A stretch of DNA of 32,000 nucleotides from Bacillus subtilis subsp. subtilis str. 168 (GTDB lineage: Bacteria > Bacillota > Bacilli > Bacillales > Bacillaceae). Within the stretch, counting starts at the first letter, position 1; each line of letters starts with the position of its first letter. The position numbers and the translations under genes are program-made. The stretch covers positions 1,350,001 to 1,382,000 of the forward strand of contig NC_000964.3 of assembly GCF_000009045.1 (NCBI RefSeq), written 5' to 3'. The notes beneath the pieces are model-generated. The model ran no database searches and was not told where the DNA came from. It was given only the letters and a program-made list of their open reading frames with translations. Shown here piece by piece: positions 7,779 to 15,905 of this stretch.

Positions 7779-7894
7779 GTTCATGCCTCCTAGCAAACGA
7801 TGTTTCTAGCATCTGATGTGAATGATGTCAATCTGTATGATATACGGATATCTCGTCAGAAAGTTTCATAGAACAATTAGGTCTTTTATCTAAT

Positions 7895-7927
7895 AAAAAG
7901 CCTCAGACCGCTTTTACGGCCTGAGGC
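7895..7927 (-). terminator. Rho-independent terminator of htrA
   Basis: On the minus strand: GCCTCAGGCCG, loop, CGGTCTGAGGC, then TTTTTATT. It starts 9 nt after the htrA stop. Confidence 0.75.
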
Positions 7928-7935
7928 ATTATGTC

Positions 7936-9285
7936 TTACGAAGTTTTCTCTTCTTTTTGATCCAGTTTAATTTTTTTCGTCATTTCTTTGCCGTTTCGGA
8001 GAATTTTCACTTCAACGGTATCACCGATCTTTGCGTCTTTATATAAGATATTGCGCAATTCACTGCCTGTATCAATTTCTTTACCTTTTAGGCCGATGAT
8101 AATATCCTCCGCTTTTAATCCGGCCTTTTCAGCAGGAGAGCCTGAAGCGACCTCACGGATGTAAACGCCTTTATTCAGCTGGCTGCCGAACAGGCCGAGT
8201 GTGCCTTCTTGGTAATTTTGCGGCACTTGCTCTAGATCAAGCATGCTGACACCGATATATGGACGTTCAATTTGTCCTTTAGACAGCAATTCTTCAGCAA
8301 TCGGTTTTACGTCATTGCTTGGAATGGCGAATCCGATACCCTCAACATCATCCTCACTGATTTTCATACTGTTAATGCCGACAATTTTGCCGTCTGTATT
8401 TAACAAAGGACCGCCGCTGTTACCTGGATTAATTGCTGCGTCTGTCTGAATGACGTTAATGCTCGTTTCGCCGGCTGATGTAGACATTGAAACCGTTCTG
8501 TCCACGCCGCTTACAATTCCTTGTGTTACTGTGCGGGACAGGTCTTTTCCAAGCGGATCCCCAATCGCAATAACGGTCTCGCCTGTTCTAAGATCAGATG
8601 AATCACCGAAGTTTGCCACTTTTGTGACGTGGTCATCACTGATTTGGAGGACGGCTAAATCAGTTAACGAGTCACTGCCTACCAGCTTTGCAGTAACCTC
8701 AGTGCCGTCATATAAAGATACCTTCAGTGATGATGCCCCTTCTACGACGTGGTTATTTGTAATGATATAAGCCTTGCCATTCTCTTTTTTGAAAATGACA
8801 CCTGACCCTGAACCGCTTTCTGTATCTTCGCTGGAATCAGAAGAACTAGAGCCGAACAAAGAGCTGTTTGATTGTGCCTGAAGATTTGTAATACCGACAA
8901 TCGCTGGTGAAAGGTCTTCTACCATATCTGAGATTTTAGAAGAGTCCTCGCTCTTGAATGCAGATGAGCTGCTTGAGCTTTTTTTAGATTCAGAGGAGGT
9001 GCTTGTTGCTGTAACAGATTGCGTTTGCTGCTGGCTGGATGATTGTTTTGCAGTGTCCTGAGAATCATGGTCACCAAGCGGTGTAAACGTGTAAATGCCA
9101 AGAGCAAGACTGCCGCCGATCACTCCGCCAAGCAACGGTCTGAACCATCCGAATCCTCGTTTTTTCTTCTCCTGATCATGAATGACATTGCGGGCCGAGT
9201 AGGAGGCGCTCTGATCGTTCTCTTTCGTTAAAAAGACCTCATTCTCATTACCTTTCGTTCTGTTTTCATCACGATAGTTATCCAT
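7936..9285 (-). CDS. htrA: Membrane-anchored HtrA/DegP-family serine protease with C-terminal PDZ domain
   Basis: ORF 7936..9294. Start taken at the ATG giving MDNYRDEN... (449 aa); the ATG at 9288 is an alternative. There is an N-terminal TM (LLGGVIGGSLALGIYTF). The catalytic triad context is TNNHVV / DLAVLQI / GNSGGPL, followed by a PDZ-like C-terminus. Confidence 0.9.
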   Translation of the reverse strand: MDNYRDENRTKGNENEVFLTKENDQSASYSARNVIHDQEKKKRGFGWFRPLLGGVIGGSLALGIYTFTPLGDHDSQDTAKQSSSQQQTQSVTATSTSSESKKSSSSSSAFKSEDSSKISDMVEDLSPAIVGITNLQAQSNSSLFGSSSSDSSEDTESGSGSGVIFKKENGKAYIITNNHVVEGASSLKVSLYDGTEVTAKLVGSDSLTDLAVLQISDDHVTKVANFGDSSDLRTGETVIAIGDPLGKDLSRTVTQGIVSGVDRTVSMSTSAGETSINVIQTDAAINPGNSGGPLLNTDGKIVGINSMKISEDDVEGIGFAIPSNDVKPIAEELLSKGQIERPYIGVSMLDLEQVPQNYQEGTLGLFGSQLNKGVYIREVASGSPAEKAGLKAEDIIIGLKGKEIDTGSELRNILYKDAKIGDTVEVKILRNGKEMTKKIKLDQKEEKTS

Positions 9286-9363
9286 CATGTTCACTCCGTT
9301 TCTCTATTTTCACATGTCTATTTATATTGATAGGTTTATGACTTGAGTTTATCATAAACAAAA

Positions 9364-9419
9364 ACTGTGGGATAAAAATGAAAAGATTATGGGAAATTGT
9401 GAAAAAGTGCGGAAAACGG
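9364..9419 (-). promoter_or_regulatory. Array of ~10-bp direct repeats (htrA-sense TTTTCNCANA), probable CssR response-regulator binding region
   Basis: Plus-strand units are TTATGGGAAA (9387), TTGTGAAAAA (9397) and GTGCGGAAAA (9407), consecutive at exactly 10-bp spacing, plus CTGTGGGATAAAA (9365). An inverted copy TTTTCACA lies at 9307-9314. htrA is known to be CssRS-controlled, with octamer repeats reported in its promoter (recalled). Confidence 0.5.
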
Positions 9420-9453
9420 TACACTTCATATTGTATATGAAAGGACTGAGTCG

Positions 9454-10272
9454 ATGGAACAGATTGGATTGATTGGATATGGCAGCATGGCGGATATGAT
9501 CGCTAGACAGCTGTTGAAACATGAACAAATAAAAGAGAATGAGCTATTTATTGAGACGAGAACGAAGGGGGAGCGGCTGCGGGCACTCATGTCAGATTAT
9601 CCAAACGTATCGGCTGATCCGTTGGAGAATTGGGCAAATACGTGCCAATTGATTTTGATATGCGTCCCGCCACTCCATGTCATCGAAACAATGCGCCGTC
9701 TGTACCCGTATGTGAACAGAAATACTCACATCGTATCCATAGCTGCCGGTGTGCCGCTGCGTCTTTTGGAGGCAGAAACAGAAGCCGGTATCTCACGTGT
9801 TATTCCTGCCATTACGTCCGAAGCAGAAGCCGGCATCTCACTTGTCGTTCACAGTGAAGCACTGGCTGCAGAGAAAAAAGAACGTCTGAATGAATTGTTA
9901 TCGGTTTTCAGCCGTGTACGGGAAATCAAAGAATCGAATTTAGATGTGGCCAGCAATTTAACGAGCTCGGCACCGGGATTCATAGCTGCAATCTTTGAAG
10001 AACTGGCACTGTCTGCCGTCAGAAACAGCAGCCTGTCCAAAGAAGAAGCCTTTGATTTTCTGATTCATTCGCTATACGGAACTGGCAAGATGCTGATCGA
10101 AAAAAATATGTCTTTCGAGGAGACGCTGGAACGTGTTGCAACCAAAGGCGGAATAACGGGAGAGGGAGCTGAGGTGATACACGCCTCTGTGCCGGACGTT
10201 TTTGATGAGGTATTTGAAAGAACCCTGAGAAAATATGAACTGCTTACAGAACAGGTTGGTAAACAAACATGA
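9454..10272 (+). CDS. proG: Pyrroline-5-carboxylate reductase
   Basis: 272-aa ORF with an N-terminal Rossmann motif (IGLIGYGSMA) and a P5CR-type C-terminal dimerisation region. SD AAAGGA lies upstream. Confidence 0.9.
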   Translation: MEQIGLIGYGSMADMIARQLLKHEQIKENELFIETRTKGERLRALMSDYPNVSADPLENWANTCQLILICVPPLHVIETMRRLYPYVNRNTHIVSIAAGVPLRLLEAETEAGISRVIPAITSEAEAGISLVVHSEALAAEKKERLNELLSVFSRVREIKESNLDVASNLTSSAPGFIAAIFEELALSAVRNSSLSKEEAFDFLIHSLYGTGKMLIEKNMSFEETLERVATKGGITGEGAEVIHASVPDVFDEVFERTLRKYELLTEQVGKQT

Positions 10273-10297
10273 ATCCTTGAAAGAGGATTCTTTTTTT
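10271..10297 (+). terminator. Rho-independent terminator of proG
   Basis: GAATCCT (10271-10277) pairs with AGGATTC (10284-10290), followed by T7. Confidence 0.8.
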
Positions 10298-10330
10298 ATC
10301 ACTGAATGATTGAGATTTTTCCCAGTTATA

Positions 10331-10385
10331 TTGCATTTTTCCTCTTTTTTTAATATAATTTGTTAGAATATTCATAATTTAGTAA
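10331..10385 (+). promoter_or_regulatory. SigA promoter of the dpp operon (TTGCAT-17-TATAAT) with overlapping A/T-rich CodY/AbrB-type operator region
   Basis: TTGCAT is at 10331-10336, the spacer is exactly 17 nt, and TATAAT is at 10354-10359. Downstream, AATATTCATAATTTA matches the CodY box AATTTTCWGAAAATT at about 10/15. dpp is the classical CodY-repressed operon (established knowledge). Confidence 0.7.
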
Positions 10386-10400
10386 AAAAGGAGGAGCGTT

Positions 10401-11225
10401 ATGAAATTGTACATGTCAGTAGATATGGAAGGTATTTCGGGTCTTCCGGACGATACCTTTGTGGATTCCGGCAAGCGGAATTATGAACGCGGACGGCTTA
10501 TCATGACTGAAGAAGCAAACTACTGTATTGCTGAAGCGTTTAACAGCGGGTGTACCGAGGTGCTGGTCAATGACAGTCATTCGAAGATGAATAATCTGAT
10601 GGTTGAAAAGCTTCACCCTGAAGCAGACTTGATTTCTGGTGACGTCAAACCATTTTCAATGGTGGAGGGACTGGATGATACGTTTAGAGGCGCTTTGTTT
10701 CTCGGTTATCATGCGAGAGCCTCGACTCCTGGTGTCATGTCACACAGCATGATTTTCGGCGTCCGTCATTTTTACATAAACGATCGGCCTGTCGGTGAGC
10801 TTGGATTAAATGCATACGTTGCCGGTTATTATGATGTCCCGGTATTAATGGTAGCCGGGGATGACCGGGCGGCGAAGGAAGCAGAAGAGCTTATCCCGAA
10901 CGTGACGACAGCCGCAGTCAAACAAACCATTTCAAGATCCGCAGTGAAGTGCTTGTCGCCTGCGAAAGCCGGACGGCTGTTGACAGAAAAAACCGCATTT
11001 GCCCTGCAAAACAAGGACAAAGTCAAGCCGCTCACACCGCCTGACAGGCCAGTTCTGAGCATTGAATTCGCCAATTATGGCCAAGCAGAATGGGCGAATC
11101 TGATGCCGGGAACGGAAATCAAGACGGGAACTACAACCGTTCAATTTCAGGCGAAGGACATGCTTGAAGCCTATCAGGCGATGCTTGTCATGACTGAGCT
11201 TGCGATGCGGACATCATTCTGCTAA
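10401..11225 (+). CDS. dppA: D-aminopeptidase, peptidase family M55
   Basis: 274-aa ORF with SD AAGGAGG. The N-terminus MKLYMSVDMEGISG is typical of M55 DppA. Confidence 0.92.
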   Translation: MKLYMSVDMEGISGLPDDTFVDSGKRNYERGRLIMTEEANYCIAEAFNSGCTEVLVNDSHSKMNNLMVEKLHPEADLISGDVKPFSMVEGLDDTFRGALFLGYHARASTPGVMSHSMIFGVRHFYINDRPVGELGLNAYVAGYYDVPVLMVAGDDRAAKEAEELIPNVTTAAVKQTISRSAVKCLSPAKAGRLLTEKTAFALQNKDKVKPLTPPDRPVLSIEFANYGQAEWANLMPGTEIKTGTTTVQFQAKDMLEAYQAMLVMTELAMRTSFC

Positions 11226-11241
11226 AGGGGTGTTTTAGGCT

Positions 11242-12168
11242 TTGGCGCGATACATGATAAAGCGTTTTTGGGCAATGGCAGCTACGATTTTGGTGATTAC
11301 CACCCTGACTTTTGTTCTCATGAAGGTCATTCCCGGATCTCCTTTTAACGAGGAGAGAGGCACAAATGAAGCCGTTCAAAAAAATCTCGAAGCCTACTAT
11401 CACTTAGACGATCCTCTCATTTTCCAATACATTTTCTACTTAAAATCCATCATTACATTCGATTTCGGACCTTCAATTAAAAAACCGTCGGACAGCGTAA
11501 ATGATATGCTGGAACGCGGATTTCCCGTTTCCTTTGAGCTTGGGATGACAGCGATTGTCATTGCTGTGATTTCTGGGCTGGTGCTGGGCGTAATCGCTGC
11601 ACTCCGCCGCAATGGCTTTTTGGACTACGCCGCGATGAGTCTTGCAGTACTCGGCATCTCCATCCCGAATTTTATTCTGGCAACATTGCTCATTCAGCAA
11701 TTTGCTGTCAATCTCAAACTATTTCCCGCTGCGACATGGACGAGCCCGATTCATATGGTGCTTCCGACCGCAGCGCTTGCTGTAGGGCCAATGGCGATCA
11801 TTGCCAGGCTGACACGGTCGAGCATGGTCGAAGTTCTGACACAGGATTATATCCGCACAGCAAAAGCAAAAGGGCTTTCTCCGTTCAAAATTATCGTAAA
11901 ACACGCACTCAGAAATGCACTCATGCCCGTCATTACCGTCCTGGGCACACTCGTCGCCAGCATCTTAACAGGAAGCTTTGTCATTGAAAAAATCTTTGCC
12001 ATTCCGGGAATGGGAAAATATTTTGTTGAAAGCATTAATCAGCGGGACTACCCCGTGATTATGGGAACGACCGTTTTTTACAGCGTCATTCTGATTATCA
12101 TGCTGTTTTTGGTCGATTTGGCCTACGGTCTCTTAGACCCGCGCATTAAACTGCATAAGAAAGGGTGA
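11242..12168 (+). CDS. dppB: Dipeptide ABC transporter permease
   Basis: 308-aa ORF with a TTG start. It is a six-TM BPD-type permease with an EAA loop (IRTAKAKGLSPFKIIVKHALRNAL). Confidence 0.9.
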   Translation: MARYMIKRFWAMAATILVITTLTFVLMKVIPGSPFNEERGTNEAVQKNLEAYYHLDDPLIFQYIFYLKSIITFDFGPSIKKPSDSVNDMLERGFPVSFELGMTAIVIAVISGLVLGVIAALRRNGFLDYAAMSLAVLGISIPNFILATLLIQQFAVNLKLFPAATWTSPIHMVLPTAALAVGPMAIIARLTRSSMVEVLTQDYIRTAKAKGLSPFKIIVKHALRNALMPVITVLGTLVASILTGSFVIEKIFAIPGMGKYFVESINQRDYPVIMGTTVFYSVILIIMLFLVDLAYGLLDPRIKLHKKG

Positions 12169-12173
12169 AGCGT

Positions 12174-13136
12174 GTGAATCTCCCTGTACAAACGGATGAA
12201 CGCCAGCCAGAACAGCACAATCAGGTGCCTGATGAGTGGTTTGTCTTGAATCAGGAAAAAAATCGGGAAGCCGATTCGGTCAAGCGGCCGAGTTTGTCAT
12301 ACACGCAGGATGCCTGGAGGAGGCTGAAAAAAAATAAATTAGCGATGGCCGGACTCTTTATTCTTTTATTTCTTTTTGTCATGGCAGTTATCGGGCCCTT
12401 TTTATCGCCCCATAGTGTCGTACGCCAATCGCTGACAGAACAAAATCTTCCGCCCTCAGCCGATCATTGGTTCGGCACCGATGAACTCGGCCGGGATGTG
12501 TTTACCCGAACATGGTATGGCGCGAGAATCTCGTTGTTTGTCGGCGTGATGGCAGCACTGATTGATTTTTTGATCGGTGTCATTTACGGAGGCGTTGCCG
12601 GCTATAAAGGCGGCAGGATTGACAGCATTATGATGCGGATTATCGAAGTGCTGTACGGACTGCCGTATCTGCTTGTTGTCATTTTGCTGATGGTGCTCAT
12701 GGGACCGGGACTGGGCACGATTATTGTGGCGCTGACTGTGACCGGGTGGGTCGGCATGGCGAGAATTGTAAGAGGCCAGGTGCTTCAGATTAAAAATTAT
12801 GAATATGTACTCGCCTCGAAAACCTTTGGCGCGAAAACCTTTCGCATCATCCGGAAGAATTTGCTGCCGAATACTATGGGAGCGATCATCGTACAAATGA
12901 CATTAACCGTACCTGCCGCCATATTCGCAGAATCATTTTTAAGCTTTCTCGGCCTGGGCATACAGGCTCCGTTTGCAAGTTGGGGCGTGATGGCGAATGA
13001 CGGCCTGCCTACGATTTTATCTGGGCATTGGTGGCGCCTGTTTTTTCCGGCCTTTTTCATATCTCTGACGATGTACGCGTTTAATGTGCTGGGGGACGGA
13101 TTGCAGGATGCGCTTGACCCTAAGCTGAGGAGGTAG
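12174..13136 (+). CDS. dppC: Dipeptide ABC transporter permease
   Basis: ORF 12165..13136. The GTG at 12174 (MNLPVQ..., 320 aa) is favoured by spacing from AAAGGGTGA; the GTG at 12165 overlaps the dppB stop and is an alternative. EAA loop: YVLASKTFGAKTFRIIRKNLLPN. Confidence 0.88.
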   Translation: MNLPVQTDERQPEQHNQVPDEWFVLNQEKNREADSVKRPSLSYTQDAWRRLKKNKLAMAGLFILLFLFVMAVIGPFLSPHSVVRQSLTEQNLPPSADHWFGTDELGRDVFTRTWYGARISLFVGVMAALIDFLIGVIYGGVAGYKGGRIDSIMMRIIEVLYGLPYLLVVILLMVLMGPGLGTIIVALTVTGWVGMARIVRGQVLQIKNYEYVLASKTFGAKTFRIIRKNLLPNTMGAIIVQMTLTVPAAIFAESFLSFLGLGIQAPFASWGVMANDGLPTILSGHWWRLFFPAFFISLTMYAFNVLGDGLQDALDPKLRR

Positions 13137-13140
13137 CTGT

Positions 13141-14148
13141 ATGGAAAAAGTTCTGTCAGTCCAAAATCTGCACGTGTCTTTTACGACTTACGGCGGGACG
13201 GTTCAGGCGGTCAGAGGGGTGAGCTTTGATTTGTATAAAGGAGAAACCTTTGCGATCGTCGGCGAATCCGGCTGCGGCAAAAGCGTTACCTCCCAAAGCA
13301 TCATGGGCCTGCTTCCGCCTTATTCGGCGAAGGTGACAGACGGCAGGATTCTATTTAAAAACAAAGACCTTTGCCGTCTCTCTGACAAAGAAATGAGAGG
13401 TATAAGGGGAGCCGACATTTCTATGATTTTTCAAGACCCGATGACGGCGTTAAACCCTACGCTGACTGTCGGCGACCAGCTGGGGGAAGCGCTATTGCGC
13501 CACAAAAAAATGAGCAAAAAAGCGGCACGGAAAGAGGTGCTTTCCATGCTGTCATTGGTTGGTATTCCAGATCCCGGAGAGCGCCTAAAGCAATATCCCC
13601 ACCAATTCAGCGGCGGTATGAGACAGCGGATTGTCATTGCGATGGCGCTGATTTGCGAGCCTGATATCTTAATTGCGGATGAACCGACCACCGCCCTGGA
13701 TGTAACCATTCAGGCACAGATTTTAGAGCTGTTTAAAGAGATTCAGAGAAAAACGGATGTGTCTGTCATTCTGATTACGCACGATTTAGGGGTTGTTGCC
13801 CAGGTAGCTGACAGAGTCGCAGTCATGTATGCCGGGAAAATGGCGGAAATCGGCACAAGAAAAGATATTTTTTATCAGCCGCAGCACCCATATACAAAAG
13901 GCCTGCTGGGCTCTGTCCCGCGGCTGGATTTAAATGGCGCTGAGCTGACCCCGATTGACGGAACGCCGCCGGATTTATTTTCGCCTCCGCCGGGCTGCCC
14001 GTTTGCCGCCCGCTGTCCGAACAGGATGGTTGTGTGTGACAGGGTGTACCCGGGCCAGACGATCAGATCTGACTCGCACACCGTCAACTGCTGGCTGCAG
14101 GATCAACGAGCAGAGCATGCGGTGCTGTCAGGAGATGCGAAGGATTGA
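13141..14148 (+). CDS. dppD: Dipeptide ABC transporter ATP-binding protein (DppD/OppD type)
   Basis: 335 aa. Walker A GESGCGKS, signature FSGGMRQR, Walker B ILIADEPTTALD. Cys-containing C-terminal extension typical of Opp/Dpp ATPases. Confidence 0.92.
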   Translation: MEKVLSVQNLHVSFTTYGGTVQAVRGVSFDLYKGETFAIVGESGCGKSVTSQSIMGLLPPYSAKVTDGRILFKNKDLCRLSDKEMRGIRGADISMIFQDPMTALNPTLTVGDQLGEALLRHKKMSKKAARKEVLSMLSLVGIPDPGERLKQYPHQFSGGMRQRIVIAMALICEPDILIADEPTTALDVTIQAQILELFKEIQRKTDVSVILITHDLGVVAQVADRVAVMYAGKMAEIGTRKDIFYQPQHPYTKGLLGSVPRLDLNGAELTPIDGTPPDLFSPPPGCPFAARCPNRMVVCDRVYPGQTIRSDSHTVNCWLQDQRAEHAVLSGDAKD

Positions 14149-14168
14149 ACATGAAAAGGGGGAAGAGG

Positions 14169-15800
14169 ATGAAACGAGTGAAAAAGCTATGGGGCATGGG
14201 TCTTGCATTAGGACTTTCGTTTGCGCTGATGGGGTGCACAGCAAATGAACAGGCCGGAAAAGAAGGCAGTCATGATAAGGCAAAAACCAGCGGAGAAAAG
14301 GTGCTGTATGTAAATAATGAAAATGAACCGACTTCATTCGATCCGCCGATCGGCTTTAATAATGTGTCATGGCAGCCGTTAAATAACATCATGGAGGGGC
14401 TGACGCGTCTTGGCAAAGATCATGAGCCCGAGCCGGCAATGGCGGAGAAATGGTCTGTTTCGAAAGATAATAAAACTTACACATTTACGATTCGGGAAAA
14501 TGCGAAATGGACAAACGGAGATCCTGTAACAGCCGGAGACTTCGAATACGCGTGGAAGCGGATGCTTGATCCGAAAAAAGGCGCTTCATCGGCATTCCTA
14601 GGTTATTTTATTGAAGGCGGCGAAGCATATAACAGCGGGAAAGGGAAAAAAGACGATGTGAAGGTGACGGCAAAGGATGATCGAACCCTTGAAGTTACAC
14701 TGGAAGCACCGCAAAAATATTTCCTGAGCGTTGTGTCCAATCCCGCGTATTTCCCGGTAAATGAAAAGGTCGATAAAGACAATCCAAAGTGGTTTGCTGA
14801 GTCGGATACATTTGTCGGAAACGGCCCGTTTAAGCTGACGGAATGGAAGCATGATGACAGCATCACAATGGAGAAAAGCGACACGTATTGGGATAAGGAT
14901 ACAGTGAAGCTTGATAAGGTGAAATGGGCGATGGTCAGTGACAGAAATACAGATTACCAGATGTTTCAATCAGGGGAACTTGATACCGCTTATGTCCCTG
15001 CTGAGCTGAGTGATCAGCTGCTTGATCAGGATAACGTCAATATTGTTGACCAGGCGGGTCTCTATTTCTATCGATTTAATGTCAACATGGAGCCGTTCCA
15101 AAATGAAAACATCAGAAAAGCCTTTGCGATGGCTGTGGATCAAGAGGAAATTGTAAAGTACGTCACGAAAAATAATGAAAAACCGGCGCACGCCTTTGTA
15201 TCGCCTGGGTTTACGCAGCCTGACGGCAAAGATTTCCGTGAAGCAGGCGGAGACCTGATCAAGCCTAACGAAAGCAAAGCGAAGCAGCTGCTCGAAAAGG
15301 GCATGAAGGAAGAAAACTATAATAAGCTTCCTGCGATCACGCTTACTTACAGCACAAAGCCGGAGCATAAAAAGATTGCCGAAGCTATTCAGCAAAAATT
15401 GAAAAATAGCCTTGGAGTCGATGTGAAGCTGGCCAATATGGAATGGAACGTATTTTTAGAGGATCAAAAAGCGCTGAAATTCCAATTCTCTCAAAGCTCA
15501 TTTTTGCCTGATTATGCAGACCCTATCAGTTTTCTGGAAGCCTTTCAAACGGGAAATTCGATGAACCGCACAGGCTGGGCCAATAAAGAATACGATCAGC
15601 TGATCAAACAGGCGAAAAACGAAGCCGATGAAAAAACACGGTTCTCTCTTATGCATCAAGCTGAAGAGCTGCTCATCAATGAAGCGCCGATCATTCCGGT
15701 TTATTTTTATAATCAGGTTCACCTGCAAAATGAACAAGTAAAAGGAATTGTCCGTCACCCTGTCGGCTATATCGATTTAAAATGGGCAGATAAAAACTGA
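14169..15800 (+). CDS. dppE: Dipeptide-binding lipoprotein, solute-binding protein family 5
   Basis: ORF 14145..15800 trimmed to the ATG at 14169 (MKRVKKLWGMGLALGLSFALMGC...). SD GGGGGAAGAGG lies directly upstream. Lipobox LMGC. Confidence 0.9.
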   Translation: MKRVKKLWGMGLALGLSFALMGCTANEQAGKEGSHDKAKTSGEKVLYVNNENEPTSFDPPIGFNNVSWQPLNNIMEGLTRLGKDHEPEPAMAEKWSVSKDNKTYTFTIRENAKWTNGDPVTAGDFEYAWKRMLDPKKGASSAFLGYFIEGGEAYNSGKGKKDDVKVTAKDDRTLEVTLEAPQKYFLSVVSNPAYFPVNEKVDKDNPKWFAESDTFVGNGPFKLTEWKHDDSITMEKSDTYWDKDTVKLDKVKWAMVSDRNTDYQMFQSGELDTAYVPAELSDQLLDQDNVNIVDQAGLYFYRFNVNMEPFQNENIRKAFAMAVDQEEIVKYVTKNNEKPAHAFVSPGFTQPDGKDFREAGGDLIKPNESKAKQLLEKGMKEENYNKLPAITLTYSTKPEHKKIAEAIQQKLKNSLGVDVKLANMEWNVFLEDQKALKFQFSQSSFLPDYADPISFLEAFQTGNSMNRTGWANKEYDQLIKQAKNEADEKTRFSLMHQAEELLINEAPIIPVYFYNQVHLQNEQVKGIVRHPVGYIDLKWADKN

Positions 15801-15816
15801 TGGAGGCGATTGAGGA

Positions 15817-15852
15817 AATACTGCTTCTTTATGCGAAGGAGCGGTATTTTTT
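15817..15852 (+). terminator. Imperfect hairpin plus T-tract after dppE (possible partial terminator)
   Basis: AATACTGCTTCTT (15817-15829) pairs with AAGGAGCGGTATT (15836-15848), giving about 13 bp including two G-U pairs. It is followed by TTTTTTCTC. Confidence 0.5.
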
Positions 15853-15905
15853 CTCTTTCTTGCACGTATACGTAGGGTGCAGAGCAAATGAAAGGAGTGT
15901 TTTCG

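Noticed and set aside
12456-13060. Antisense ORFs (146 aa and 87 aa) opposite dppC
   Set aside because: They are embedded antisense to a permease gene. Their His/Arg/Asn-rich products have no recognisable fold signals and no SD.
14598-15395. Antisense ORFs (123, 93 and 141 aa) opposite dppE
   Set aside because: The reasoning is the same: no ribosome-binding sites, composition typical of antisense translation, and dppE is well supported.
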